Shown: positions 47,145 to 57,814, counted from the first letter of the stretch. The stretch is DNA of 64,000 bases from an uncultured Gemmatimonadota bacterium (GCA_964626665.1 CAZVGK010000013.1:15628-79627), one strand, 5' to 3'. Notes: a model not told the origin generated them from the sequence alone. Numbers and translations: made by a program.

Positions 47145-50027
47145 TTATCGGAGGATTACCATCTTCTTGGTCTTTTCCACCTTAGACCTATTACCTGTTA
47201 CCTTTAACCTATAGAAATAGACCCCGCTTGCCACTTGCCTGCCTGAATCATCCCGCCCATCCCACTGGACCCGATAATTGCCCCCAGGCTGTTCCTCATC
47301 CACTAAGGTCTTCACCTCCTGCCCTAAGATGTTGTAGAGCCTGAGGGTGGTGTGGTGCGGCCTGACCCCTGACAACTGATAGCTGATTGCTGTAGTTGAA
47401 TTGAACGGATTCGGATAGTTCTGGGACAGGGCAAAATTCTGGGGCAGACCAAAATCGTTATTCCTTGGCTCATCCACTTTATCCCAATCCCAAGTGACAA
47501 CTTTGGCATATATGTCCCAGCCCTTGGACCGCCGGGCATCCGTCCAGCTAAAGGTTATGATATCGTCATTAAGGGCTATTGAAGGACCCCATTGAATTGG
47601 GTTAGGGCCTGCAGGTTTTTGATTAACTAAATAGTTTATCCCCCAGCGAGTGCCATCGGAGTGGTATCTTTGGGCATAGATGTCACAGTCACTATTCCGA
47701 TAATCATGCCAACAGATAATGAAATCATTTTCCCTACCGATTGCTATTGAGGAAGAGGACTGCCAATTTTCCCCTTCATCATCGTTCACCCGGAAGTTTG
47801 AGCCCAGTGTATCTCCCGAAATGCTGTACCGCTGAGCATAGATATCGGGAGAGCTATCTTCCCGGTAGTCATCCCAAGAGATGATGAAATTACCATCCGA
47901 ACCCATTGACCCCCGGGGGTAAAGCTGATCACTTGTCCCCTCATTGTCATTCACCTGGAAATTCGAGCCCACTGTATCACCTAAATTGCTATATCGTTGG
48001 GCATAAATGTCCCAGTTACCATTACGCTCGTCCTCCCAACAGATGATGAAATTACCACTTCCATCCATTGCTACCGAGGGATATTTTTGATCACTTGTTC
48101 CCACATTATCATTTACCTGGAAATTTCCACCTAGAGGGTTACCTAAACTGTCATATCGCTGAGCATAGATATCTGAATTTTCATCCCAATCGCCATTGCG
48201 CCTGTCGGCCCAACAGATGACGAAATTGCCACTCTCATCCATCGCTACCGAAGGCTCCTGTTGATAACTTGCTCCCTCATCATCATTCACCCGAAAGTTC
48301 CCCCCAAGTGTATCTCCTGAACTGTCATACCGCCGAGCATAGATGTCCAAGAAGACGTTGCGGCTATCCTCCCAACAGATAATGAAATTCCCGTGCACAT
48401 TCATTCCAATTGAAGGATACCTTTGCAAGCTTCTCGCGGTATCATCATTCACTTTGAAATTTGTCCCCAGTGTATTTCCGGAGGCCTCGTATCGCTGGGC
48501 ATAGATATCGTAGTTCGCATTCCGTTTATCCTGCCAACAGATGACGAAATCGCCATTCCCATCCTTGACTACAGAGGATGAGTATTGCCAGCTTGTCCGT
48601 GCATCATCATTTACCTGGAAATTCGCCCCCACTGCATGACCCAAACTGTTATACCGCTGGGCATAGATGTCTGAGTCCTCATTGCGTTCATCTTCCCAAC
48701 AGATAATAAAATCTCCCTCCCCGTCCATCGCTACCGAGGGAACCTCTTGCCAACTTGTCCCCTCATCATCATTTACCCGGAAATTTGAGCCCAGTGTGTC
48801 CCCCGAACTGTTGAACCGTTGGGCATAGATGTCCATATTGTCGTTCCGGTTATCTGCCCAACTGATGACAAAATCTCCACTCCTATCCATTGCTACCGAG
48901 GAATACCATTTTTGACAAATTTCTCCCACATCATCATTCACCCGGAAGTTTCCTCCCAGTGTGTCACCTGAACTGCTATACCGCTGGGCATAGATGTTGT
49001 AATAACCTTCTCCCCAGCAGATGACAAAATTCCCTTTTTTATCCGTTGCCACGGAGGGAGACCATTGTGAACTTGTCTCCACCTCATCATTTACTTGGAA
49101 GTTTGAGCCTACTGTGTCACCCAAACAGCTATATCGCTGGGCATAGATGTCCCAATTACCGTTACGGGGATCTTCCCAACAGATGACGAAACCTCCATCC
49201 CCGTCCATCGCTACCGAGGGATCCCGTTGTGCACTCGTTCCCTCATCATCGTTTACCCGGAAGTTCCCCCTCAGTGTGTCACCTGAACTGCCATACTGCT
49301 GGGCGTAGATGTCGGGATCTTTCTCCCCATTGCGTTCATCTTCCCAACAGATGACAAAAGTCCCTTCTCCATCCATCGCTATCGAGGGATTCCTCTGATA
49401 ACTTGTCCCCTCATCATGGTTTACCCGGAAGTTTCCCCCCACTGTATCCCCCGAACTAGTGAATCGCTGAGCATAGATGTCCCAGTCACCATTACGCTTG
49501 TCTTCCCAACAGATGACGAAATCGCCGTCCTCGTTCATTGCTATCGAGGGAAATAATTGAGGAGTTGATCCCAAATCATTGTTTACCATAAAATTTGGAC
49601 CAAGTATGTCACCTGAATTAGTAAAACGTTGAGCATAGATGTCTAACTCCCCATTGCGATAATCTTCCCAACAGACGACGAAATTACCAGATGTGTCCAT
49701 GGCAATAGCAGAATACCACTGCCTACATCCACCCGTAGTGTCGTCGTTGACTAAGAAGTCGTCCTTGATGATGCCGAAAATCGTGTTTGCTTCCTCTGGC
49801 TTTAGCATTCTTCCCTCTGGCAGGGAGATGGGTAATTGATGTGCTCTATCTCTCCTCGACCTGCGATGAGGAAAATCCCTCTCCACCAACCAGAACTGAC
49901 CACTTCCCACATCAATCTCCCACCCTCTAACCTCAGGGGCAAAAGGCTGCCATTGGGCAGGGCAGAAATCCGCTGCTCCCAGAGAGAACAGGAACCCAAG
50001 TAAAAACACCAAACTTGCCTTACGCAT
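47145..50027 (-). CDS. Secreted repeat protein (about 14 x ~53-aa DIYAQR repeats, probable beta-propellers) with a FlgD/T9SS-like C-terminal domain
   Basis: Signal peptide, 14 DIYAQR-like motifs, C-terminus LSQNYPNPFN...YNILGQEVKTL...WDGRD..G..VASGVYFYRL...KKMVILR. Confidence 0.88.
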   Translation of the reverse strand: MRKASLVFLLGFLFSLGAADFCPAQWQPFAPEVRGWEIDVGSGQFWLVERDFPHRRSRRDRAHQLPISLPEGRMLKPEEANTIFGIIKDDFLVNDDTTGGCRQWYSAIAMDTSGNFVVCWEDYRNGELDIYAQRFTNSGDILGPNFMVNNDLGSTPQLFPSIAMNEDGDFVICWEDKRNGDWDIYAQRFTSSGDTVGGNFRVNHDEGTSYQRNPSIAMDGEGTFVICWEDERNGEKDPDIYAQQYGSSGDTLRGNFRVNDDEGTSAQRDPSVAMDGDGGFVICWEDPRNGNWDIYAQRYSCLGDTVGSNFQVNDEVETSSQWSPSVATDKKGNFVICWGEGYYNIYAQRYSSSGDTLGGNFRVNDDVGEICQKWYSSVAMDRSGDFVISWADNRNDNMDIYAQRFNSSGDTLGSNFRVNDDEGTSWQEVPSVAMDGEGDFIICWEDERNEDSDIYAQRYNSLGHAVGANFQVNDDARTSWQYSSSVVKDGNGDFVICWQDKRNANYDIYAQRYEASGNTLGTNFKVNDDTARSLQRYPSIGMNVHGNFIICWEDSRNVFLDIYARRYDSSGDTLGGNFRVNDDEGASYQQEPSVAMDESGNFVICWADRRNGDWDENSDIYAQRYDSLGNPLGGNFQVNDNVGTSDQKYPSVAMDGSGNFIICWEDERNGNWDIYAQRYSNLGDTVGSNFQVNDNEGTSDQLYPRGSMGSDGNFIISWDDYREDSSPDIYAQRYSISGDTLGSNFRVNDDEGENWQSSSSIAIGRENDFIICWHDYRNSDCDIYAQRYHSDGTRWGINYLVNQKPAGPNPIQWGPSIALNDDIITFSWTDARRSKGWDIYAKVVTWDWDKVDEPRNNDFGLPQNFALSQNYPNPFNSTTAISYQLSGVRPHHTTLRLYNILGQEVKTLVDEEQPGGNYRVQWDGRDDSGRQVASGVYFYRLKVTGNRSKVEKTKKMVILR

Positions 50028-50092
50028 TTTTCACCTCCTTAGAGATTAAAAGCGTTTAACTCTCTGTCAGGGCAGAGCCCTGACAGCGCTGG

Positions 50093-50851
50093 TTACAACT
50101 GTTTTTCACCATAAACAAGGGTGATGGGTTGATCACATATCCTCTCTTCATCGCCTTTTTCATCTAAGAATTCACGCAATCTCCTTAATCCTCTGGCAAA
50201 TGCTTGAGGACTTATCAGAGCCAAACTTGAAATCACCTTGTTCTTAACCGAGGAGAAAAACTGTTCATCTATTTTTATTGGTTCATCCTGGATTGTTTCG
50301 CACCTAACCTGGATAAAACCACTATTCCACAGCCAATTTTCAATCTCTGGTATGTCTGAAAATCTCCTGTTTTTCTCTATCCCGATTATCTCAGGGAAGA
50401 ATCTACTATAGATGCTTTCTTCAATCTGCTCATAGGACAATGTCAAAATTAGCAAGCGTCCCCTGGAGAGCACTCGATAACATTCTTTGATGACGATCTC
50501 ACGATCCCCTTTATCTACCAGGTGGAGGAAAAAGGCCCCTATAACGCAGTTAAAGGAACAATTGGCGAATGGAATGGCGCTTACATTGCCCTTTACAAAA
50601 ATGCTATTTGCAATCTTTTTTTTGGCAACATCAAGCATCTCTAAGGAGAGATCAATACCATAGGCACTGCAACCGGAGATATTCTTGACTGCCGAGATGA
50701 GATTCCCGGTGCCACAGCCTATATCGAGAACCTTCGTCCCATAGGAGATCTCACCGACTTTGACTACCTTAGAGGCAACTGTATTTCCCCATTGCCTGAA
50801 GCTATCATATCGGGAGGCTATGGATCTATAGTATGAAGCCGGATTTAACAA
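50093..50851 (-). CDS. Class I SAM-dependent methyltransferase
   Basis: VLDIGCGTG, GIDLS.EML, PFAN.SF, YRVL..G. Confidence 0.9.
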   Translation of the reverse strand: MLNPASYYRSIASRYDSFRQWGNTVASKVVKVGEISYGTKVLDIGCGTGNLISAVKNISGCSAYGIDLSLEMLDVAKKKIANSIFVKGNVSAIPFANCSFNCVIGAFFLHLVDKGDREIVIKECYRVLSRGRLLILTLSYEQIEESIYSRFFPEIIGIEKNRRFSDIPEIENWLWNSGFIQVRCETIQDEPIKIDEQFFSSVKNKVISSLALISPQAFARGLRRLREFLDEKGDEERICDQPITLVYGEKQL

Positions 50852-50866
50852 TGGAGACCTTTAGCC

Positions 50867-50967
50867 ATTCATAAGAGCTCATACAGTTGTTTCGAATGAC
50901 CAATAGTTGGGCGGTCAAATCCCCTGATCTGACCGTGGCAGAGCAGGGGTTCTGTCACCTCTGGTTT
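50867..50967 (-). repeat. Second copy of the ~100-bp REP-doublet repeat
   Basis: The reverse complement aligns to 23046-23146. Confidence 0.85.
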
Positions 50968-51038
50968 CTCATCTTGCCTTATGAAGACCGCTAGCCGCAG
51001 ACTTCAGTCTGCGCCCCATTTTCGCCATTGGCCTAAAC

Positions 51039-51145
51039 CCTGCACTAAAGTGCGGTAGAATGATCCGTCCTGAGGTAGCAAAAGTCCTACCCTGCCACCC
51101 TACCTTTGCCGTCAGATGAGTGCATCTGACGGCTCTTGCTACCAC
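51039..51145. repeat. Palindrome cluster / possible terminator downstream of mutS
   Basis: CTGCACTAAAGTGCGG. GCCGTCAGATG-AGTG-CATCTGACGGC is a perfect 11-bp stem inside GGTAGCAA..TTGCTACC. Confidence 0.6.
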
Positions 51146-51182
51146 CTTTGTTTCCTGTCAGGGCAGAGCACCAACGAGGCCA

Positions 51183-53807
51183 TCATGCGGACAGACCTGA
51201 AGGCCTGTACCTACGAGCTTTCTTCACCAGTTCGGCCAGTTTGTTGAGGGCCTCCAGTGGGGTCAGCGAGTTCAGATCCAGATCTTTTAGCTCCTCCAGT
51301 AGGGGATCTGGCAGAGCCGAGAAGAGGCTGAGCTGGGAGGTAGGCTGGAATTTAGGGGCTCTCTCCCCCTGGGCAAAATCCGGCATCCCCGTCCCTCCAT
51401 TCTCTAAGTTGGCCAGTATCTCCTTGGCCCTGCCGATCACCCCCTGGGGGATTCCGGCCAGCCTGGCCACCTGGATGCCATAGCTGTCATCACACCCCCC
51501 TTCAATTATCTTTCGCAGAAAGACGATCTTATCTCCCCACTCCCTCACCGCCACCTGGTAGTTTTTTACCCGGGGGAGGAGACTAGCCAAGGAGGTAAGC
51601 TCATGATAATGGGTGGCAAAAAGGGTCTTGGCTCCCAACTTGGGGTTGTTGTGGATCTCCTCGGTCACCGCCCAGGCAATGGAGAGCCCATCATAGGTGC
51701 TCGTCCCCCTGCCGATCTCATCTAAAAGTATGAGGCTTTGGGAAGTGGCATTGTGGAGGATGTTTGCTGTCTCGTTCATCTCCACTAAGAATGTGGATTG
51801 CCCCTTGGCCAAGATATCCGAGGCCCCCACCCGGGTGAATATCCTGTTCACCACCCCAATCTTGGCCTCTTGGGCGGGGACAAAGGAGCCGAGTTGGGCC
51901 ATAAGCACAATCAATCCCACCTGCCTCAGGTAGGTGGACTTCCCGGCCATATTGGGACCGGTGATGATCAGTATCTGGTAGTCCTTTCGGTTTAAGCTGC
52001 AATCATTGGGGACAAACCCCTCCTCTAAGAGCCTCTCCACCACCGGGTGCCTTCCCTCCCTGATGACAATTTCCTCCCCCTCATCCACCTGAGGTTTGCA
52101 GTAAGCATTTTCAGAGGCCACCTGGGCCAAGGCTAGGAGGCAGTCCAAAGAGGCTAATGCTTTAGCAACTTTTAGGATACGAGGACATTCCTCGGCGACC
52201 TTTTCCCTTATCTCGGTGAAGAGCTCATACTCCATCTCCCCCATTTTTTCTTCTGCCCCCAAGACCTTGGCCTCATACTCTTTCAGTTGAGGGGTGATGA
52301 ACCTCTCGGCGTTGGTCATCGTCTGCCGGCGCATATAATCAGGGGGGATCTTGGAGAGATGGGGCCTGGTGACCTCAATGTAGTAGCCGAAGACCCGATT
52401 ATAGCCTACCTTAAGGGAGGGGATCTTCGTCCTTGCTCTTTCGGTCTCCTGTAGCCTGGCTATCCAGCCTTTCCCATCCTGGCTTATCCCCCTCAGCTCA
52501 TCCAGGGTTGGATTGTACCCCTCCCTGATTATCCCCCCCTCGGTGACCAGGAGAGGGGGATCGTCCACTATGGATATGGCAATCAAATCCCTAACCGAGG
52601 AGAGGTCCTCCAGCTGGGAGGAAAGGTCTTGCAGGATCGTCGACTCTCCCTTCCCCAGCTCAGCCTTGAACTGGGGAAGAACTTCCAGGGAGAACCTCAG
52701 CCCAACCAAATCCCTGGGGGTTGCCTTGCCACAGCCTACCCTTCCAGCAAGCCTCTCCAGATCCTGCACCGATTTAAAGAGGTCCCTTAACCTCCCCCTG
52801 AGGGGGGCATCCTCCACCAACTCCTCCACTCCATTTAGCCTCCCCCTGATCTGCTCCACTTTCAACAGGGGCCTCTTTATCCATTTCCTTAAAAGCCTCC
52901 CACCCATCGGGGTGAGGGTCTTGTCTAAAACCCAGATTAGGGTCCCCCTCTGGTCCCCCCCGCGCAAGGGCTCAAGCAGTTCCAGGTTGTGCAGGGTGAA
53001 GCCATCCAAGGCCATATAGTCCCCGTGATTTCTGGGAGTAAGCTTGCTAATATGGGAGAGAGGAGAGGACTGCATCCCCTTTACATAGGCCAAGACCGCC
53101 CCGGCTGCCCTGATCCCCCCCTCCATCCCCTCACAGCCGAAACCCTCTAAGGAGGCGGTGCCCAAGTGATTCAAGAGGAGCCTATAGGACTCATCATAGG
53201 AGAACTTCCAATCCTCCAAGGGGGTGAGGGTAGCCTGGGGGAGCCAACCCCTAATCTCCTTCTGCCCCTCAGGGGGGTAGGTCTCCGGAAGGATAATCTC
53301 CGCGGGATTGATCAGGGAAAGCTCATCCTGCAGGTCTTGGTATCCAATCTCATCCAATTGGAAATCGCCGGTGGATAGATCGAGGATGGCCATCCCCCAC
53401 TTAGGTCCCTCTTCCACCAGCCCCAAGAGGTAATTGTTGCTCTTCTCCTTTAGGGTTGAGGTTAGGGTGGTTGTCCCTGGGGTGACCACCTCCACCACCT
53501 CCCTCTTCACCACTCCCTTGACCTTCTTGGGATCCTCCACCTGTTCACATATCGCCACCTTATACCCTTTAGCCAGAAGCTGAGCGATATATTTATCAGC
53601 AGCATGGTAGGGGATACCGGCCAAGGGGACCTTTCCCCCTTTTCCATGGGAGCGGGAGGTGAGGGTGAGGCCCAGGAGCCTGGAGGCCAAAATGGCATCA
53701 TCATCAAACATCTCATAGAAGTCTCCCAGCCTGAAGAAGAGCAAGGCATCCTTGTGTTTGGCCTTAATCCTCTTGTATTGTTCTCTCATTGGGGTATTTT
53801 CTGCCAT
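51183..53807 (-). CDS. mutS: DNA mismatch repair protein MutS
   Basis: TPMREQY, FFRLGDFYEMF, ITGPNMAGKSTY, STFLVEM, DEIGRGTST, FATHYHEL, SYGIQVA. Confidence 0.97.
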   Translation of the reverse strand: MAENTPMREQYKRIKAKHKDALLFFRLGDFYEMFDDDAILASRLLGLTLTSRSHGKGGKVPLAGIPYHAADKYIAQLLAKGYKVAICEQVEDPKKVKGVVKREVVEVVTPGTTTLTSTLKEKSNNYLLGLVEEGPKWGMAILDLSTGDFQLDEIGYQDLQDELSLINPAEIILPETYPPEGQKEIRGWLPQATLTPLEDWKFSYDESYRLLLNHLGTASLEGFGCEGMEGGIRAAGAVLAYVKGMQSSPLSHISKLTPRNHGDYMALDGFTLHNLELLEPLRGGDQRGTLIWVLDKTLTPMGGRLLRKWIKRPLLKVEQIRGRLNGVEELVEDAPLRGRLRDLFKSVQDLERLAGRVGCGKATPRDLVGLRFSLEVLPQFKAELGKGESTILQDLSSQLEDLSSVRDLIAISIVDDPPLLVTEGGIIREGYNPTLDELRGISQDGKGWIARLQETERARTKIPSLKVGYNRVFGYYIEVTRPHLSKIPPDYMRRQTMTNAERFITPQLKEYEAKVLGAEEKMGEMEYELFTEIREKVAEECPRILKVAKALASLDCLLALAQVASENAYCKPQVDEGEEIVIREGRHPVVERLLEEGFVPNDCSLNRKDYQILIITGPNMAGKSTYLRQVGLIVLMAQLGSFVPAQEAKIGVVNRIFTRVGASDILAKGQSTFLVEMNETANILHNATSQSLILLDEIGRGTSTYDGLSIAWAVTEEIHNNPKLGAKTLFATHYHELTSLASLLPRVKNYQVAVREWGDKIVFLRKIIEGGCDDSYGIQVARLAGIPQGVIGRAKEILANLENGGTGMPDFAQGERAPKFQPTSQLSLFSALPDPLLEELKDLDLNSLTPLEALNKLAELVKKARRYRPSGLSA

Positions 53808-53835
53808 CGTAAAAAAGCCACGGTCTTGCCGTGGC

Positions 53836-54783
53836 TCAGTGGAGGGGGACGATCCTGTAGCCCAACTTGTACCTGGCCTTCAAATCCTTTCCAAGGGCCT
53901 GGGCCTCTTCTCTCCCTCCAAAACTGCCCACCAGCACGATGAAGAGGTTTCCCCTTATCTCTATCCAGGTCTCGTAGCCGTCTCCCGCTAAGAGCCTTTG
54001 CAGGTTTCTGGCGTTTGTCCCTTTTCCAAAAGCCCCTAACTGGATGGAGTATCTCTCCTTAGCTGGCTTTTGGCCCAACTTCTCCCCGGCGACTCTGGCC
54101 GCATAGCTCCCCGGGAACCTATCCAGGATATAGCCATAGTACCTATTGGCCTCCTTGCCTTTGTGCAAGCTCTGGAAGGAGAGGGCCTCCTTCCAGAGGA
54201 TCTGGGGGAGGAGTTGGGGCAGGGGGAGGCTATCCTCTGCTGACCGATACTTCCTGAGGGCAGAGGTATATTCCCTTTTCGCCAAGTAACAATCCCCAGA
54301 CCCTATCTGGGCCAGCCCCTTAAGGAGGGGATCAGCCCCCGAGGAGATGGCAGTTTGAAAACAGCTCCGAGCCGAATCGGGCTGATCTAAGGCCAGGAAA
54401 GTGCGTCCCAGCCAATACCTCCCTTCAGCCTTCAGGGTCGAATCGGAAAAACTATGGCTCAGTACCTTTTGGCCGGAGAGGTAGAGCCCCTGAGAGTAGA
54501 GGTTTATCCCTAAGGCTATGGCTGCCCGATCGGATAGCTCCCCTTTGGGTTCCTGAGAGAGAAGCTCCCGGAGGTGTTGGGCTGCGGTTGGGGCCTGAGG
54601 CTCAAAGACGGAGGCCCAGTAGAGGGCCTCAGGGTCTGAGGGATGGGCGGTAAGATAGCTTTGCAAGGAACGGCGGACCACTTCCACCTCTCCCCTCTGG
54701 TAGCTGTCTGCGATGGTCTTAAGATGGGTAGAGGAAGTCAAGGGGGCACAGCTCAAGCTAACCAGGGCCAGAAGCCAGATCAT
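53836..54783 (-). CDS. TPR + SPOR domain lipoprotein
   Basis: MIWLLALVSLSC lipobox at ATG 54783, TPR helices, C-terminal YSIQLGAF...NA SPOR domain. Confidence 0.82.
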   Translation of the reverse strand: MIWLLALVSLSCAPLTSSTHLKTIADSYQRGEVEVVRRSLQSYLTAHPSDPEALYWASVFEPQAPTAAQHLRELLSQEPKGELSDRAAIALGINLYSQGLYLSGQKVLSHSFSDSTLKAEGRYWLGRTFLALDQPDSARSCFQTAISSGADPLLKGLAQIGSGDCYLAKREYTSALRKYRSAEDSLPLPQLLPQILWKEALSFQSLHKGKEANRYYGYILDRFPGSYAARVAGEKLGQKPAKERYSIQLGAFGKGTNARNLQRLLAGDGYETWIEIRGNLFIVLVGSFGGREEAQALGKDLKARYKLGYRIVPLH

Positions 54784-54784
54784 C

Positions 54785-55894
54785 CTAAATACCAAACCCC
54801 CTCCACCTCTGGCACTGGGGACATCTCCAGAGCGGCTCCGCGGATCTGTATCCACACCAGCGGCAGACGAAAACTCTATCCCTCTCCAGAAGTCCAGAGA
54901 TAACCTCCTGGGTTTTGGCAAGATCCCCCTTCTGAGCATAGAGTTTGGCCAAAATGGTTGCTACCTCCTGGGATGAGTCCCGAAACCTCTCACAGAGGTC
55001 AATGGCCTCATCTATCTTACCCTGTTTCTCGTAGATGTCCACCAAGGCCAGGATGGTCTCCCTCTGTCCCGGTTCCCTCTCCAAAATCCGCTGGTAAATA
55101 TCCGTAACCTCCCCAAACTTACCTAATTTATAGAGGGCCTCCTCCAATTTTTTGAAGCCAATGAATCCCTTTGGGGGAATCTGTCCCGCCAATCTCTTCC
55201 ACCACTCCACGGCCTCGTCCCATCTCTCCTCCCTGTGGTAGCTATTGCCCAGCCAGAAATAGGCGGCTGCACACTGGGGGTTGAGCTTTAAAGCCTCCTT
55301 GAAATATGATCGGGCCTTTTTCAACTCCCCTTGCGAGGCCAGATTCTCCCCAGCTGAGACCTTGTAGAGGGCCAAATCTGCGGTGGCGTCCTCCCCCTTC
55401 AGCTTTGCTATTCTTTGGCGAACCCCGCAGGCCTGATCCCAAAGCCCTCCCTTCTCATAGAGGGGGAGAAGGTTTTCTAAGGCCCAAAGCTGGGGGACGT
55501 TGTTTTTTAAGAGTTCCTCCAAGACCATTATCGCCGAGGAATCTTGCCCCAGTTCAATGTGATCCAAAGCCAGGCTTCTCAGAATGGAAGGCCGATCATC
55601 CTTTCTGAGGTTGGGCCGGAGGATAAGCTCTTTGTGTACCCTTAAGGCCTTCTCGGCCTCACCTCTCTCCCGCAGAAGATCACCTAGCTTGAGGTAGGCG
55701 CCGATGTTGTCCGGATTCGTCTTCACCACCTCCCGTAAGATTCGGTAGGCCCTATTCTTCTCCCCATCAAGGAGGAGCCTGAGCCCCTCGGAGTAGCGAT
55801 CTCTGGCCGAACCCCTCCACAACCCCTTTACCCTCCAAAGGAAAAAGAGGAGGAGGAGAACTGCCAGGCCCAGGATTATCCCGGTAATAGTCAA
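54785..55894 (-). CDS. lapB: LPS assembly protein LapB (TPR + rubredoxin-like Zn finger)
   Basis: N-terminal TM helix, TPRs, C-terminal FVCRWCG....LWRCPQCQRW; downstream of a LapA-like gene. Confidence 0.85.
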   Translation of the reverse strand: MTITGIILGLAVLLLLFFLWRVKGLWRGSARDRYSEGLRLLLDGEKNRAYRILREVVKTNPDNIGAYLKLGDLLRERGEAEKALRVHKELILRPNLRKDDRPSILRSLALDHIELGQDSSAIMVLEELLKNNVPQLWALENLLPLYEKGGLWDQACGVRQRIAKLKGEDATADLALYKVSAGENLASQGELKKARSYFKEALKLNPQCAAAYFWLGNSYHREERWDEAVEWWKRLAGQIPPKGFIGFKKLEEALYKLGKFGEVTDIYQRILEREPGQRETILALVDIYEKQGKIDEAIDLCERFRDSSQEVATILAKLYAQKGDLAKTQEVISGLLERDRVFVCRWCGYRSAEPLWRCPQCQRWRGFGI

Positions 55895-56205
55895 CTTTCC
55901 TCCTTCTGAAGGGTCTCCTCCTCAAAGGGCATATCCCGCAAGGAGGAGAGTTCCTCCTTGAGCCTCTTCACCTCACCTCTTTGTTTACGCAACTGACTCC
56001 TCATCTGGAGGTCATGGAATGCGGTGAAGAGGAAGAGGACCACTACCCCAGCCACAAACGACTCAAACATCACCAGGATAAGGGGGACCTCAATGAAATG
56101 CCACTTATAGATGGTTACCTCCACCCTCTGATTTAGGTTCTGAATGGCAAAACCCAAGAGCAACACCATAATCACTGCCATAAAAAAGAGCTTCCATAGC
56201 CACAT
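55891..56205 (-). CDS. LapA family membrane protein
   Basis: Two TM segments, FAIQN.NQ.V, coiled-coil tail. Confidence 0.82.
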   Translation of the reverse strand: MWLWKLFFMAVIMVLLLGFAIQNLNQRVEVTIYKWHFIEVPLILVMFESFVAGVVVLFLFTAFHDLQMRSQLRKQRGEVKRLKEELSSLRDMPFEEETLQKEES

Positions 56206-56238
56206 AATATCCTCCTCGCTTGATAGCAGTTCCCAAGA

Positions 56239-57618
56239 TCAGGGCCCAGCGACCAGGTAGTTATCGGTTGGCAAAGGCCTTCCCTGATTTCTAAAAGTCG
56301 ATCCCCGGGAACTGGTAGCTTGATTAGATGGTTCCCCAAAGAGGGTCCATCCCTTAGCTTTGATAATCCTTAGCTGCAGGGCGTGACCCATTAGTCCTTC
56401 CTCGCCGGGGGAAACGACCGGTTTGTTCGTCCGCGTCCTGCCAAAGAGTTGGCCAGGTAGTTTTCCCACCTTCTCCACAAGCACCTCCTGGGTAGTTCCT
56501 ACCAGGGCCTGGTTTAGTTCGGCCGTTATCCTTCTCTGAAGCTCGATAAGGGCGGTGAGCCTCTCCGCCTTTACCTCAGGGGGGACATCGTCGGTAAACC
56601 CTGCCGCCTTGGTCCCTGGACGGGAGGAGTATTTAAAGGTGAAGGAGGAATCAAAACTGACTTCCTTCATAACCTCCACCGTTTGCTGGAAGTCATCATC
56701 ATCCTCCCCGGGGAAGCCAGCGATTAGGTCCGTGGTTAAGGCCAGATTTGGGATGCCCCGGCGGGCATCCTCTATCAGCTTCAGATACCCTTCCCTGGTA
56801 TATCCCCGGTTCATTCTCTGGAGGATGCGGTTCGAGCCCGACTGCAGAGGGAGGTGGAGGTGTTCACATACCCTATTCGACCCCCCGATAACCTCTAAGA
56901 GCTGAGGGGAGAGATCCTTAGGGTGAGAGGTAGTAAACCTTATTCTCCCTAAGCCCTCTATCCCATTCAACATCAAGAGGAGGGAGGGAAAGTCGGTCTC
57001 CCCCCAACGGTAGGAGTTTACATTTTGACCTAAGAGGGTGACCTCCTTAAACCCTTGAGCAACAAGTCCCTTTACCTCCATAACTATCTCCTCTGGGGGT
57101 CTGCTCCTCTCCCTTCCCCTCACCAAGGGAACTATGCAGAAGCTACAGAAGTTGTTACACCCCCGCATCACCGAAACAAAAGCGGAGATGCCCTTTCCCC
57201 TCAGGGCCGCAACCTCTGAGTAGCTCTCCTTGGGGTTGAGGGCCAAGGAGCTAATAGGGGTATGGTCTAAGCCTTCCAAGAGCCTGGGTAGCTTGCGGTA
57301 AGAGTCCGGGCCAACCACCATATCCACCCCAGGGGCCAACCTGAAGAGCTCCTCCCCCAACCTCTGGGCCATACACCCCATAACCACCAGTTTTACCACA
57401 GGGCTTCCCCTCTTGTGGCGGAGTAGCTCCCTTATCCTCCCCAGGGCCCTCTGCTCGGCATGCTCCCGCACCGCACAGGTATTCACCAGGATGACAGCGG
57501 CGCGGGAGGGATCACCTGTGGGTTGGTAGCCCTCCTGAGTGAGGAGGCCAGCAACTAGCTGGGAGTCGAGGAAGTTCATCTGGCAGCCATAGGTTTTGAT
57601 ATAGAAGGTCTTCTTCAT
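56239..57618 (-). CDS. miaB: tRNA 2-methylthio-N6-isopentenyladenosine synthase MiaB
   Basis: TYGCQMN, NTCAVRE.AE, GCMAQ, GCNNFCSFCIVP..RG.ERSR, TRAM domain. Confidence 0.95.
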   Translation of the reverse strand: MKKTFYIKTYGCQMNFLDSQLVAGLLTQEGYQPTGDPSRAAVILVNTCAVREHAEQRALGRIRELLRHKRGSPVVKLVVMGCMAQRLGEELFRLAPGVDMVVGPDSYRKLPRLLEGLDHTPISSLALNPKESYSEVAALRGKGISAFVSVMRGCNNFCSFCIVPLVRGRERSRPPEEIVMEVKGLVAQGFKEVTLLGQNVNSYRWGETDFPSLLLMLNGIEGLGRIRFTTSHPKDLSPQLLEVIGGSNRVCEHLHLPLQSGSNRILQRMNRGYTREGYLKLIEDARRGIPNLALTTDLIAGFPGEDDDDFQQTVEVMKEVSFDSSFTFKYSSRPGTKAAGFTDDVPPEVKAERLTALIELQRRITAELNQALVGTTQEVLVEKVGKLPGQLFGRTRTNKPVVSPGEEGLMGHALQLRIIKAKGWTLFGEPSNQATSSRGSTFRNQGRPLPTDNYLVAGP

Positions 57619-57685
57619 AACAAATGAGTCTATTTGGGGTTCTCTATACCACCTATTTACTACTCGGCCATCCAATAGATTGCAT

Positions 57686-57814
57686 GTCATTGCGAGCGCA
57701 GCAATGTCTCATTTAGTGTCATTGCGAACGAAGTGAAGCAATCTCCAAGGGATTGCTTCATCCCGATTTCATCGGGATTCGCAACGACTTCGTCGCTAAG
57801 CTCCTCGCAATGAC
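57686..57814. repeat. GTCATTGCGAG...CTCGCAATGAC palindromic repeat (nested)
   Basis: Two left ends (57686, 57718), gaagcaatct..gattgcttc, right end ctcctcgcaatgac. Confidence 0.8.

Noticed and set aside
47500-49750. About 159-bp DNA repeats as a non-coding repeat array
   Set aside because: They are in-frame protein repeats of the 960-aa secreted protein.
54784-54939. N-terminal extension of the SPOR protein; likewise the extensions at 14189, 16389, 38991-39209 and 57619-57690
   Set aside because: The extensions overlap upstream genes or repeat elements, and better starts with an RBS or lipobox exist downstream.
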